A DNA stretch of 61,618 bases. Origin: a virus (Duplodnaviria > Caudoviricetes). Of this stretch, positions 17,801-26,557 are shown piece by piece (the stretch's first letter is position 1; every line of letters starts with the position of its first letter). Under the pieces are notes generated by a model. The model was not told the origin of the DNA. It worked only from the letters and a program-made list of their open reading frames with translations, and ran no database searches. A program made the translations under genes and the position numbers. Location of the stretch: IMG/VR virus record IMGVR_UViG_3300002179_000003, positions 1-61,618 of that record, one strand, 5' to 3'.

Positions 17801-17892
17801 AGGCTCTTATTGTTTGCATCAACGGGTTTTGCATCCTGTGCCTGTGCAAAGAAACTAATAAAAAGGAAAATAAGTAATAATAGTCTTTTCAT
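14869..17892 (-). CDS. Tail-fibre/receptor-binding-like protein with permuted FISUMP domain and NVGI(GTT) repeats
   Basis: 1007 aa, Gly/Thr/Ser-rich; N-terminal signal peptide; FISUMP motifs; three NVGI repeats. Confidence 0.7.
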   Translation of the reverse strand: MKRLLLLIFLFISFFAQAQDAKPVDANNKSLQSSINVTWWYNIVNHKIGMWKGGTYIYNEFFSAKQVQAKIDSLAYVKTDSVTGTSPIVVTKTSQKVFNVSINPADCDNNGYMLAVDKCFLDSLKLKRGILKGDSALIKTQNGDSVTIGGYGALYNWYVTQGTGTGSLSSSDDWVVPTQIILEGLLNSIDTYDSWIQHWPLAGGKLKEIGLAHWNDPNVGATNEYGFNAIAPGIRDSNGSFIDGDTGNPTIKDRLLIWTSTVYDEFSVIALNIFSFDSMAVRGYPTFNLGNVIRLCNPSTLLEEGATGTYTGNDGTVYNTIVINGVEWLSQNLEETQHRDHSWIHGYELGVYTPISNATWAALTTEGMCYYGNDTINGGITTKIPVFTNIYLGDTIQIPNITNLATKDTLTNYWNKQEITEPDTTRWSLGYAAYLWGNHASAGYLTGLTVDSPLSGLGTAASHLTVDLSSKENAFSKNTGFNLNLGTVTGTVLEGRTFGTAAAAATTDFAPSSVYPATGLTTGYLPYKSATVLANSPIYTNGTNVGIGTTTPSAKLHVNGIGKFGRTSDDTRYFSIDAQSGFLQQYYYSTVENQISYTGDNTWFGASSGTTGIGAQLYLKGSTGNVGIGTTNPGSLLTVNGIIDSNVAIGGGYYAHDAVSGGNNIFSLTRQGNDLALTAWDGIGFSTSKTSPSTAYSMFINTSGNVGIQNSTSITETLTIGTAGTGTPNMSIAGATSGKLVQQASAVAGTPTITWGTTSGTPALISQAITDGVLDKSSSEDALFHALAGKVALADSSGVAPGSYVTGKDFQVGLATKQATITTGTTAQYFRGDLSLATFPTISGSNTGDQTLTIAGTTSPTIALSGSNTATFSAGTGITLGQSAGTITITGGTIPTVVNPATQSLSSSGGAIAWNLSSGVNMKTTLTENTTITLSNATDGMSGTMYITNAAGSSYTLTIAGYTNYIHNSAWSAANVFVTSGAGSKKDSFSFKYNASEMYWNGGNEYK
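15769..16263 (-). repeat. Three GC-rich direct repeats (core AACGTCGGCATC) spaced 240 and 243 bp
   Basis: gatgccgacgtt at 15769, 16009 and 16252; 21-bp identity 16000-16020 vs 16243-16263; 16-bp identity 15769-15784 vs 16009-16024. Confidence 0.85.
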
Positions 17893-17897
17893 ATCGT

Positions 17898-18464
17898 TTA
17901 TTGTAATAGCATGAATCCAGACATTGGGTCTGAAAACGTACCAAAGTTAATTGAAACAATCAAATTATCAACATCTAAAATAAATTCAGGTTGTGCGGTA
18001 TGTTTAGCCGGATTTCCAGCTTCGTTGATGAAATAAAGATCAACCTGTGGCATTTTCGGGTATTGGCCATATTTTACCGCGTAAATTGAATAGTCAGGAA
18101 TAGAAGGGTTGTCGATGTTTGTGAAGGGAATAGTTGTTTTACTTGCAGTTCCTGGTATCTCAATGAAATTTTCATCAGCCAACCCACCGATAAAAGCATA
18201 TCGTTTCCCGTCAAAATTATTCAATCCTGCATCAAAATCTTCTGTTGTGGAATATAAAAATGAAGGTAAAGTACCAACTTTCGGCAATAGTATGGTAACC
18301 GTAGTTTCCGGGAACCGATGTTCAAACGTAACCCTTAATAAATATTCTAAAATGGATTCAATAATATAGTTCCCTGTTGTTTCGTCAACATAGCAATTTT
18401 TCAACTTCTCATCTAAAATAGATGCCATTGACAAACTTCGTGGATCAAATACTTTTATAGCCAT
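17898..18464 (-). CDS. Putative virion structural protein
   Basis: Likely start MAIKVFD at 18464, overlapping the upstream stop; structural operon. Confidence 0.6.
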   Translation of the reverse strand: MAIKVFDPRSLSMASILDEKLKNCYVDETTGNYIIESILEYLLRVTFEHRFPETTVTILLPKVGTLPSFLYSTTEDFDAGLNNFDGKRYAFIGGLADENFIEIPGTASKTTIPFTNIDNPSIPDYSIYAVKYGQYPKMPQVDLYFINEAGNPAKHTAQPEFILDVDNLIVSINFGTFSDPMSGFMLLQ

Positions 18465-19360
18465 TACGATATTGTTACATAAAATGGAACTGCATCTTCC
18501 GAAGCATAAGGTGGGCTTTTTTTCCAAACCTTATTATTTTGATACCCCGTTTTATTATCTGTTGTTGAAATATCTGAAAACTTTGATGTGATATTTACGC
18601 CAGAACCGTCAACTACCTTGAACGTTTTTCCAACTGGAATGGATAGAAATAAAGAATTACGTCCTGCCAACGGAATTGTATTCAAGGCGACTTCTGAACC
18701 AAATGAAAATAAAAAATCAGTAACTCCTAATGGATTGAAAGTCATTCCTGTGTATTGACCTGCTCTATATGGATCAGGCGTAGGCGGTTCTGGCAATGGA
18801 CACGCTGATAAGTTTGTCCTCGAAATAGGTTCCTCTTCGCCTGTATATTCCCACGTACTTGTTGCTGTGTTATATTGTTGTTTTCTGTTCGTGCCTATCT
18901 GAATACCAGTATTATCACTTCCAGACAAAACACAACTTAAATCTTCTTCAATCCACCTTGTAGTGGTAACAATAGGAGGTTTCGGAGTTGGGATAGTTGC
19001 AATCAGACTGTATATCATTGCCGGCCTCCCACTCGGAGGACAATAGCCACAGAGCAAAATATCTGAAATGTCTATCGAACCGTCATCGTTAACGGCTATA
19101 ATCGAATAGACATCACCAAAATAAGACATAAACATATAACCGATTTCCACGTCTCTTTCTGCTGCGCCCAAATCGTTCAGGTCAACAGGATTGACATAGG
19201 TTCTGTAAGTGGCAGGAACGGGAGTTGCTCCGGTTAGGTCTTCAGGGGTTAACTGAAATATTTCTTTTACGCGGGTCTCCCAAGCTACCAATGGTACGGA
19301 TATACTGATTATATCAGTAGTAAAATTCGTCCATAACTTTGATAACTTGTTAGTTGCCAT
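18464..19360 (-). CDS. Putative virion structural protein
   Basis: Coupled ORF in structural operon, with Pro-rich linkers. Confidence 0.65.
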   Translation of the reverse strand: MATNKLSKLWTNFTTDIISISVPLVAWETRVKEIFQLTPEDLTGATPVPATYRTYVNPVDLNDLGAAERDVEIGYMFMSYFGDVYSIIAVNDDGSIDISDILLCGYCPPSGRPAMIYSLIATIPTPKPPIVTTTRWIEEDLSCVLSGSDNTGIQIGTNRKQQYNTATSTWEYTGEEEPISRTNLSACPLPEPPTPDPYRAGQYTGMTFNPLGVTDFLFSFGSEVALNTIPLAGRNSLFLSIPVGKTFKVVDGSGVNITSKFSDISTTDNKTGYQNNKVWKKSPPYASEDAVPFYVTIS

Positions 19361-20250
19361 TATTTAAACATTAAAATGAGGGTCAGCGGAAAATCATAGT
19401 TAGGTGCTAAGCCTTCAATAATAAGCGTTTCGCCATTTTCCAGAATACCGGAATAAGCATCCCTTTTGGGTGTCAACCACCTCTTTCCGATTTCATCGGT
19501 TACTTTTACGGTAATTGATGAAACCTCGCGACCTGTCAAAGTATGAACTATTTGTAAATTCATGGTGTTGTCACCTACTGCCGTGAGCACCCAACCAGTT
19601 GGATAGTCAGTTGTTTCAACGGCATCGGCTAATCTTGTGGTTAAATCTGCACCGGCTGGTAATGTGATAGTTTGTGGAGCAATTATCCCGGAAAGCCTTA
19701 TTTTTTCGGTATCTGTAATAAGGGATGATCCGGTTACCTGTACTACCAGTCCAGATAAATCCTGATTATCTGACATCGGTGCGTGGAAATTTGCAATTGC
19801 AGTATTGGCAACAAGAGAATATCCTTCAGCCCTATCAACTTTTCCGCTTATGCTTGGCGGGTCGGTAATTGATAATAATGTCCGCAATGTGGCTATTGAA
19901 ATTACTTGCGGTACTCCCGAAGAGCCTGTGCTATTTCCGATAACTGAAAGTCCGGCAATATTTACTAGTTTTGCTAGTGTTATTGTGCCATCGGTAATAC
20001 CAATGTCCTCCATGTATGGAGTAAGAGTGAGTGGATCACCCGTAAACCAATAATCTACCCCCGCAATGTTTACCTTTTGGTAAATACTTCTATCACCAAT
20101 CGCAATTGTAGCGAGCACTTCGGCTTCATTGGTATAAGCCACATCTCCATTAAGGTAATAGATTTCCCTTTGGTTTTGCGCCTCCAACCATGCCTGTAAC
20201 TTTGCAATACTCAGTGTTGCATCTAAAAGTAATTGTTCACTTGTAGTCAT
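19360..20250 (-). CDS. Putative tail fibre/structural protein
   Basis: 'ITDGTITLAKL', 'SGKVD', 'NQDLSGLV' fibre-type repeats. Confidence 0.65.
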   Translation of the reverse strand: MTTSEQLLLDATLSIAKLQAWLEAQNQREIYYLNGDVAYTNEAEVLATIAIGDRSIYQKVNIAGVDYWFTGDPLTLTPYMEDIGITDGTITLAKLVNIAGLSVIGNSTGSSGVPQVISIATLRTLLSITDPPSISGKVDRAEGYSLVANTAIANFHAPMSDNQDLSGLVVQVTGSSLITDTEKIRLSGIIAPQTITLPAGADLTTRLADAVETTDYPTGWVLTAVGDNTMNLQIVHTLTGREVSSITVKVTDEIGKRWLTPKRDAYSGILENGETLIIEGLAPNYDFPLTLILMFK

Positions 20251-21986
20251 TATAGTAGGTTCTGGTAAGATAACTCAACTTGCTTCATTGCCCTGTCAGC
20301 ATAAGCCTGATTGCCTGAAAATTCACCCCATATTTGAAGTAGTTTACTTGCAGCCATCCATGTAAGCGCATCATAAAGGTCTGCTTGTACATATTCGGCA
20401 CCGACATTGGCAATATAAAGAAACCTGTCAATGGTGTGGTTTGGTGGCGAACCGGGTAAAACAGAATAATATTCAAGTACTCTTTTTGCTCCCCTTGATG
20501 GAAGGTTCGGTGTTCCATTAACTACATCAGCAGTAAGATCTCCTGATGTAGTTAAGACCAGTGGGTGATCAAACGGAACGCCTGCACTTAGCGCAGTAAA
20601 AAATACCCTTCCTTCGCTTACCCCGGAAGATGGCATTGCTCCAAATGGAGTTAATGATCCATCATCGTGAAAGGTAGGAATAAAATTAACCGTGTTAATT
20701 AAAAGTTCTGATCCAGACGACCGTCCATAAATTCTATATCCCGTTGCACCTGGCACAGAAGCCCAGTTTACATTTATCCCACCCCATCCAGTTGTGTTAG
20801 TGGTAGGAACAAGAGAAGATGAGGGGTTAATTGACCCATCATCGTGAAAGGTAGTTACTGTACCAACTATGGCAATTAAAAGACCTCCACCGGCAGACAG
20901 TCTGCCATATATTTTATATCCAGTTGCGCCCGCTACTTCACTCCAGTTTACATTTACTCCGCCTGTAGATACTAAAGTTATCGTAGTGACGGCAGATGCC
21001 AATGTTTCACCCAGCGCGTTAATTGCCGTTACCTGATAGCCGTATATTCCAGCAGCCATCGAACCTGTTGTGGGAGTGTGAGTGTAATTTACCGGAGAAA
21101 GAAGTCTTGTAATTGCAATAGATACTTCAGTTGAAGGATCTGTTTCGTCGCCACCAAACAATGCAGTAACACGATAATAATAAGTTCCGTACAATAATGA
21201 CCCGCTTGCATTGAGAGTAAGTGATAAATTGTCTGGAATATATGCAGCGAGCGAAGGATATCCCAAAACTATATTCATGCGATAATAGTCGGGAGTGTTT
21301 TCGGTAACCCATGCGGCAACCGTATCGGCTAGAGATGTAACAAAGTTCATGGTTTTACTTAATCCACCTGGTCCGCTTATCACACAAGATCCGGATGTTC
21401 CGGCAAAGGTTACATTGTCCGTTTGTTTTACTGGTGTATTTGCGCCAGTTCTTGAAGATAATACAACAACGGGTTTTGCAATTCCCCCACGGGTGACCGC
21501 ATATTTTTGAAGTTTATATTTCGGATTTGTGGTAAGAATTGGTTCGTCAACTTCCTGTAACCAGTCGGGCATTTTAAATGAAACAAACCTTAGATAATCA
21601 TCAGGAAGTATTACATATCCTGTCAGTCCACTTGAATTTGGAACCGGAATACAGGTTAATAATCCTCCATCGGTGGGATTAATAATGTGTTTAGGCGCGG
21701 TCTGTAAAATGTGTTTTGCCGATTCGTCAAGGATAGCGTTTATGTAAAGATCAATTACGTTTGAGTTGTCTGCTCCTGCAAGATTAAACTGCACCCCTTC
21801 TGTCTGGAACATCGCCTCGTCAATCTTTACTCTGGTTAGTCCTATCAAAGTAAGTCTTGGCACTGGAATATCACCAGAACTACCACTACCGGAACCGCTA
21901 CTACCAGAATTCAGCATTGATAGTAATGTCTGATAGAACTGATTTAAATATGCTGTTTTGGCTGTTGAAATATCTGCTATCGACAT
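20250..21986 (-). CDS. Head-tail adaptor-like protein with inserted FN3/Ig-like repeats
   Basis: Adaptor-like termini ('LPDDYLRFVSF', 'LYDALTWMAASKLL') flank repeats of 'VNW..V.GATGY.IYGR...TFHDDGS'. Confidence 0.55.
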   Translation of the reverse strand: MSIADISTAKTAYLNQFYQTLLSMLNSGSSGSGSGSSGDIPVPRLTLIGLTRVKIDEAMFQTEGVQFNLAGADNSNVIDLYINAILDESAKHILQTAPKHIINPTDGGLLTCIPVPNSSGLTGYVILPDDYLRFVSFKMPDWLQEVDEPILTTNPKYKLQKYAVTRGGIAKPVVVLSSRTGANTPVKQTDNVTFAGTSGSCVISGPGGLSKTMNFVTSLADTVAAWVTENTPDYYRMNIVLGYPSLAAYIPDNLSLTLNASGSLLYGTYYYRVTALFGGDETDPSTEVSIAITRLLSPVNYTHTPTTGSMAAGIYGYQVTAINALGETLASAVTTITLVSTGGVNVNWSEVAGATGYKIYGRLSAGGGLLIAIVGTVTTFHDDGSINPSSSLVPTTNTTGWGGINVNWASVPGATGYRIYGRSSGSELLINTVNFIPTFHDDGSLTPFGAMPSSGVSEGRVFFTALSAGVPFDHPLVLTTSGDLTADVVNGTPNLPSRGAKRVLEYYSVLPGSPPNHTIDRFLYIANVGAEYVQADLYDALTWMAASKLLQIWGEFSGNQAYADRAMKQVELSYQNLL

Positions 21987-21999
21987 GATAATTGGGTTT

Positions 22000-22034
22000 A
22001 AAAAAGCCTTGCCTATTGGAAAGACAAGGCTTTT
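22000..22034 (-). terminator. Rho-independent terminator after the capsid/decoration genes
   Basis: AAAAGCCTTG/CAAGGCTTTT stem with T-run on the minus strand. Confidence 0.75.
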
Positions 22035-22054
22035 AAGTCTATGGATATTATTTA

Positions 22055-22711
22055 TTAAGCCTCAGCAGCCCAAATACCAGTCGAGGATAAAATAATCCAA
22101 GCTTTTGTTCCGGTAACTCCTGTGCCAAATAAAGTAACTGTATCGCCAGCCTGTGAACTAGCCTTGGTGTTGATAAGGTCTTTGTTTACAACCCCAGCAT
22201 CGACCACAACGGTTGCAGCAAGGGTAATAGTCCCTGAAATACCATCTGCTGCGGCTGGCGAAATAGTCACAATATTATTTCCAGCTGCACCAATATTGAT
22301 AATGGTGTATTTTAATCCAAGAGCGGTAGTAGGTAGGGTAATGACTTTTGCATCTGTTCCAATCATTAAAACCTTTTCCGAATCAGAAGCGGTAAGCGTT
22401 TTGTTATCGGTAAGTGTTTCACCAACCAATTTATTCCCTAAGCTGATCTTTTCCCATACAGAACCGTCATAAATAACAGTATCGCCAACAACTACAGGAA
22501 GTGTACCTTTTGTTAAGGTTCCGGCAGTGGTCAGTTCGATAACAAGGTTTTTCATTGGGTTTGTCAGCGCATTAAGAGCAGCCAACGTACTTGTGTTTCC
22601 ACCAAACTTAAGCACCGCGTTGAGTATTGCTACCATTTTTGCATAGGTAGCATTTGTATCGACAAAATTGTTCCTGTCGATTATTGATCCGATATAAGAT
22701 GTCTTTTCCAT
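22055..22711 (-). CDS. Putative capsid decoration protein
   Basis: Downstream of MCP; beta-rich 'VITLP..GLKYTIINIG..GDTVTL..W.I..STGIW'. Confidence 0.55.
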   Translation of the reverse strand: MEKTSYIGSIIDRNNFVDTNATYAKMVAILNAVLKFGGNTSTLAALNALTNPMKNLVIELTTAGTLTKGTLPVVVGDTVIYDGSVWEKISLGNKLVGETLTDNKTLTASDSEKVLMIGTDAKVITLPTTALGLKYTIINIGAAGNNIVTISPAAADGISGTITLAATVVVDAGVVNKDLINTKASSQAGDTVTLFGTGVTGTKAWIILSSTGIWAAEA

Positions 22712-22738
22712 TTTGTGTATTTTAAATGGGTTACGAAA

Positions 22739-23212
22739 CTACATTACTAAATTTGGAAAGCTTGCTCCAAGGGCATCAGCTTTCGCGAGTATGGCATCAG
22801 GAGAATTCAATTCATTGAGAGGAACTTCAAATTTTTCATGAAGCTTGTCTGCGGCCTGTTGAATAGTTTTCACAGACGGGAATTTACCTTTTAAAGATCC
22901 CTTCCCTTCTAAATTAACATCAGGCTTTTTGTTTTCTTCGGAACTACTGTCGAGTTTTTGACTTTCATTGGTAGTTTCTTTTGCCTTTTCAACTTCAACA
23001 ACTTTTGACGAACGGACAACAATAAGTCCCTTTTCAAATAAATTGGTTGCTTCAATTGCTTTCTGGATCGCTTCGTCTGAAGTTCCAAAACTTGAATTGA
23101 CCTTTGGCCGATCTATTCCACCATTGAACTGAATTTCCTTTGGTTTGCCATCAATAGATAGGGCCAGTCTCATAGAACCTGTTCCCCTCCAACTGTATGT
23201 TATTGTTTTCAC
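22739..23212 (-). CDS. Hypothetical head-associated protein
   Basis: Directly downstream of MCP. Confidence 0.65.
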   Translation of the reverse strand: MKTITYSWRGTGSMRLALSIDGKPKEIQFNGGIDRPKVNSSFGTSDEAIQKAIEATNLFEKGLIVVRSSKVVEVEKAKETTNESQKLDSSSEENKKPDVNLEGKGSLKGKFPSVKTIQQAADKLHEKFEVPLNELNSPDAILAKADALGASFPNLVM

Positions 23213-23238
23213 TTTAATTTGTATTATCTGTTAAATAA

Positions 23239-24642
23239 CTATGATGTTACGTGTTCTATCCATGCGTGAGTATCTGGGTTTCTGAATGCCATTGTCCAGG
23301 CTTCATCAATACGATAGGCTTTTACTTTGCGCTGACCTGTTTTATTCAAATCAAGTTCAGTAGTAGTGGTAGCCTGGCGAATACGTCTTTCAACGTTATC
23401 AATGTCAAGAATCAATCCGTTGTTGGTGAAACCATCAACATCATCAAATGCTTGGTGTCTGCGAATCAACCAATCACCAAAAAAGGTGGAAATAACTTTG
23501 AATTTAATACCTGCAATGGTTTCAGTTTTATCCCCAGCCATTTGTTTAACGACGATAGGGGTATTCATTAACCATTCAATAAGACCATTACCGGCAAACA
23601 GGATTCTTTGATATCCACCGTTGTTGCCAGCAAAATTTTGCATACTCATTGAGTTCAACTTTTCATTGGTTCCGGTCACTGCATTATCGTAGGTAATGGT
23701 TTTGGTAATAAAGTGCCTTGCACCACCCATTAAATCTACGTTTTTCTGTGATTCGGGATCAAATACGTCTTGTTTTGGATAACCAAACAACATGGTTAAT
23801 TCACCCATTCTACGCATGTCATAAATAGCATCAGTCTGGAAGTCGTTAATGTTATATTCAACTTCTTTATTGTGGGTAGATTCAACCAAAGATTCTTCAA
23901 CTTGGCACATAAATATTTGTACATAGTTGGTGGTATCAGTTGGCATGTTTGCGTATGGTGCGTTCTGTGCATCAATTTCCGCTTTTGCATTACCAATACG
24001 GGTAATTTTAGCGGCGGTTAAAATAGTAGGGATAAAACTACCTACACCAGTTCCACCAGCACCGCAACCATTAACAGCTACAATGGTAATTTTCTTGTTG
24101 GTGTTATCTACTTTGGTTACTTTGAAACGAAACTCTTCCTGACTAACTGAATTATCAACAGTTCCGGGAACAAAACCAATATCATCAGCTAACCAGATAT
24201 GAGGATTAGTTACTGAAAGTTCTCCGCTGGTTACATCTGCTTCGGTATATTGTGTGGTTAAGATGTCTTGTACTCCACGAACAGCACTTGAATAATATTT
24301 GTACTCGCGTGAATCACATTTACCTAAACGACCGATTTTACGCAAAATAGTGTCCAATGGAAAAACATCTGGCCGGACCTTAGTAATAGTATTGCTTATC
24401 TCCGGTCTCAATAAGTTTGGAGCGGCAATCTTTACAAGGTTGGTCGTAACTGTTTCGTTTATCGCCTGAGCGGCAGCAGTTGGAGCAACAATATCCATAA
24501 GGTTAACTCCGTGACCTCCGTAAAGGAAGTTCGTAATACCATCAGGTAGAACCGTAGCCCCCCATGAAGGTTCAATTGCGAGAACGCAAAGTGCCATCAG
24601 CACAAAACCTATCGCATACTTAAATAACTTGCTTGTTTTCAT
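23239..24642 (-). CDS. Major capsid protein
   Basis: 467 aa after the scaffold; HK97-type patterns ('NYVQIF', 'ELTMLFG', 'MGGARHFI'). Confidence 0.75.
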   Translation of the reverse strand: MKTSKLFKYAIGFVLMALCVLAIEPSWGATVLPDGITNFLYGGHGVNLMDIVAPTAAAQAINETVTTNLVKIAAPNLLRPEISNTITKVRPDVFPLDTILRKIGRLGKCDSREYKYYSSAVRGVQDILTTQYTEADVTSGELSVTNPHIWLADDIGFVPGTVDNSVSQEEFRFKVTKVDNTNKKITIVAVNGCGAGGTGVGSFIPTILTAAKITRIGNAKAEIDAQNAPYANMPTDTTNYVQIFMCQVEESLVESTHNKEVEYNINDFQTDAIYDMRRMGELTMLFGYPKQDVFDPESQKNVDLMGGARHFITKTITYDNAVTGTNEKLNSMSMQNFAGNNGGYQRILFAGNGLIEWLMNTPIVVKQMAGDKTETIAGIKFKVISTFFGDWLIRRHQAFDDVDGFTNNGLILDIDNVERRIRQATTTTELDLNKTGQRKVKAYRIDEAWTMAFRNPDTHAWIEHVTS

Positions 24643-24671
24643 TTTTATACAATTAATGGTTAATACTCAAT

Positions 24672-25532
24672 TTATCCGTTAAGAATTGATCTGGTTCCTT
24701 CAAGATGCCTGTCAATATTTGCAGCGATTGGATCTCTTGTAACTTGAACTTCTGGCATCTGTGCGCTTCCATCAAGTGCTGGCATATTGTCTCCCCGGCA
24801 AATATCCGTATCCGTAGCAAACTTCTGGCTGATCTTTTTATTTGTTGCAGAGAGTTCTCCGGCTTTACGCTGGTTTGCTAATTCAGCATCCCGGTTTATG
24901 TAGTAATACATGGCATCCAAAAACTCTTTGGTAATTTCACCTGAATATGCTTTATCCAGAAAATCGGACAATTTCTGTCCAAATTCCATTTTGCCCGGTT
25001 CGTCCATGCCTTTTTCTGCAACAAACTCTTCGATAGCTTCGTTTGATTTTTCAAGATTGGCGACAATACTTGCTTTTCTTTCGTTACCAATTCGGTAATT
25101 TTCTTCGCGTGTCTTCACATTATCTGCCCATTCTTGCATATCATCTTCACCATTTGGTTCCAATGATTGAAGATCAACGTATTTAGGAAGTACATTTAAG
25201 AATTTGCCACCACGGCTCATGTCTGACAAAATGCCTCCTAATTCTGGTTCGGAATCCATCATAGCCATGATCTTTTCGTTGCTTTCGTCGTACCTTCCAA
25301 GTTTTTCAGCTTTGGGAAGCAAGTCGTTGGCAACCATGCTTTCCATTTTAGGTACATAGTCTTCGTCTGATATGTCCTCTCCGTAGTGGGATTTCATGGC
25401 AGACATCACCGATTTCTTTTCTTCGGTATATTCACCATCAGAAGTAGTGGCCGGGGTCTTGTTCTCTTTAGGACTAAGATTTGCGGCAACTTCTCCGGGT
25501 AATTCTTTTTCTTTATTGTCGTTTGTGTCCAT
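24672..25532 (-). CDS. Putative capsid scaffolding protein
   Basis: Acidic helical protein immediately upstream of MCP. Confidence 0.6.
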   Translation of the reverse strand: MDTNDNKEKELPGEVAANLSPKENKTPATTSDGEYTEEKKSVMSAMKSHYGEDISDEDYVPKMESMVANDLLPKAEKLGRYDESNEKIMAMMDSEPELGGILSDMSRGGKFLNVLPKYVDLQSLEPNGEDDMQEWADNVKTREENYRIGNERKASIVANLEKSNEAIEEFVAEKGMDEPGKMEFGQKLSDFLDKAYSGEITKEFLDAMYYYINRDAELANQRKAGELSATNKKISQKFATDTDICRGDNMPALDGSAQMPEVQVTRDPIAANIDRHLEGTRSILNG

Positions 25533-25573
25533 ACAATAATTTATTTATTGAAATTTTTGATTAACAATGGTTT

Positions 25574-25599
25574 CAAATTTAAAATGATTATTAACTTTG
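25574..25599. promoter_or_regulatory. Back-to-back -7 boxes (TAAATTTG minus; TAACTTTG plus)
   Basis: Between the divergent head operon and terminase operon. Confidence 0.5.
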
Positions 25600-25659
25600 A
25601 AGTGTCTATTTATTTTGCAGTTTTATATTTTAATAAAAACCTTCTATAAATTACTAAAC

Positions 25660-25875
25660 ATGGATAATAATCAAGACTGCTTACCGGAAACAAGAGAAGA
25701 ATCAATTGCCCTTGTAAAAAAGATACACGATGAAGTATTGAAAGAAATTGGATCGAATCTGGCTCCAAGTATTGCGAGAAAGAAAATCTGTTCTATGATC
25801 TTAGAGAAACTACCCAAGAAACCTATTTACGGGGAAACTACCATCTATCTGATTATTAACGGTACTTATAAGTAA
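25660..25875 (+). CDS. Small hypothetical protein, possible HTH regulator
   Basis: ATG 25660 preferred; C-terminal 'YGETTIYLIING'. Confidence 0.55.
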   Translation: MDNNQDCLPETREESIALVKKIHDEVLKEIGSNLAPSIARKKICSMILEKLPKKPIYGETTIYLIINGTYK

Positions 25876-25879
25876 AGCC

Positions 25880-26557
25880 ATGAAACCAGAAATTAAACTA
25901 TTTTTTGACTTTGAATTCACAAGTCTTTCGCCAGACGCTCAACCTATAAGTTTGGGTATTGTGAGCGAATTTATTGATGCAGAAAATATGGAATTTGAAA
26001 AATCCTTTTACGCTGAATTTTCAGACTTCAACCTGAATCTCTGTGACGATTGGGTAAAAGAAAATGTGGTGAAAAAGCTTCAATTTTATCCCGAATCACA
26101 TGACGGAACAACGGAATATACTGAAAATTGGGATATGTGCATGCCTTTAAGTTTTACTAAGAACAAATTAGCCAAATGGCTTGCTAAATTCTCAGAATAC
26201 AACATTCAATTCGTTTGCGATTGCGGAACATTTGATTGGTATTGGATGCTTCAGTTATTGGCCGAATGGGAAAAGAAAGAAGATGAAGATGGTTGGTCCG
26301 GCAGTTGTCCTACGTGTGGATCAAAAAAAAGTGAATATTTTAGTATCGGTCTTCCAAAACTTCCCGACAATATTTCACCAGTACCCGAAGATTTAAATGA
26401 TCTTATTGCCACGAAAAAAAGTATATCAGTAAGAGAAGCGTTTGATTTGAACAGGGAATATTTAAATGGCGCAAACCCAGAAGATAAAGCAAACGAAAAA
26501 CACAATAGTTTGTGGGATGCCAAAGTGATCAAAGCCATTTACGAAAAACTTAAATGA
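25880..26557 (+). CDS. DEDDh 3'-5' exonuclease (Rv2179c-like)
   Basis: 'FFDFEFT', 'FDW', 'KHNSLWDAKVI'. Confidence 0.8.
   Translation: MKPEIKLFFDFEFTSLSPDAQPISLGIVSEFIDAENMEFEKSFYAEFSDFNLNLCDDWVKENVVKKLQFYPESHDGTTEYTENWDMCMPLSFTKNKLAKWLAKFSEYNIQFVCDCGTFDWYWMLQLLAEWEKKEDEDGWSGSCPTCGSKKSEYFSIGLPKLPDNISPVPEDLNDLIATKKSISVREAFDLNREYLNGANPEDKANEKHNSLWDAKVIKAIYEKLK

Noticed and set aside
14148-17892. Diversity-generating retroelement targeting the FISUMP domains
   Set aside because: No reverse transcriptase ORF recognised and no near-identical TR/VR pair with adenine-specific differences seen; the two domains differ at all base types.
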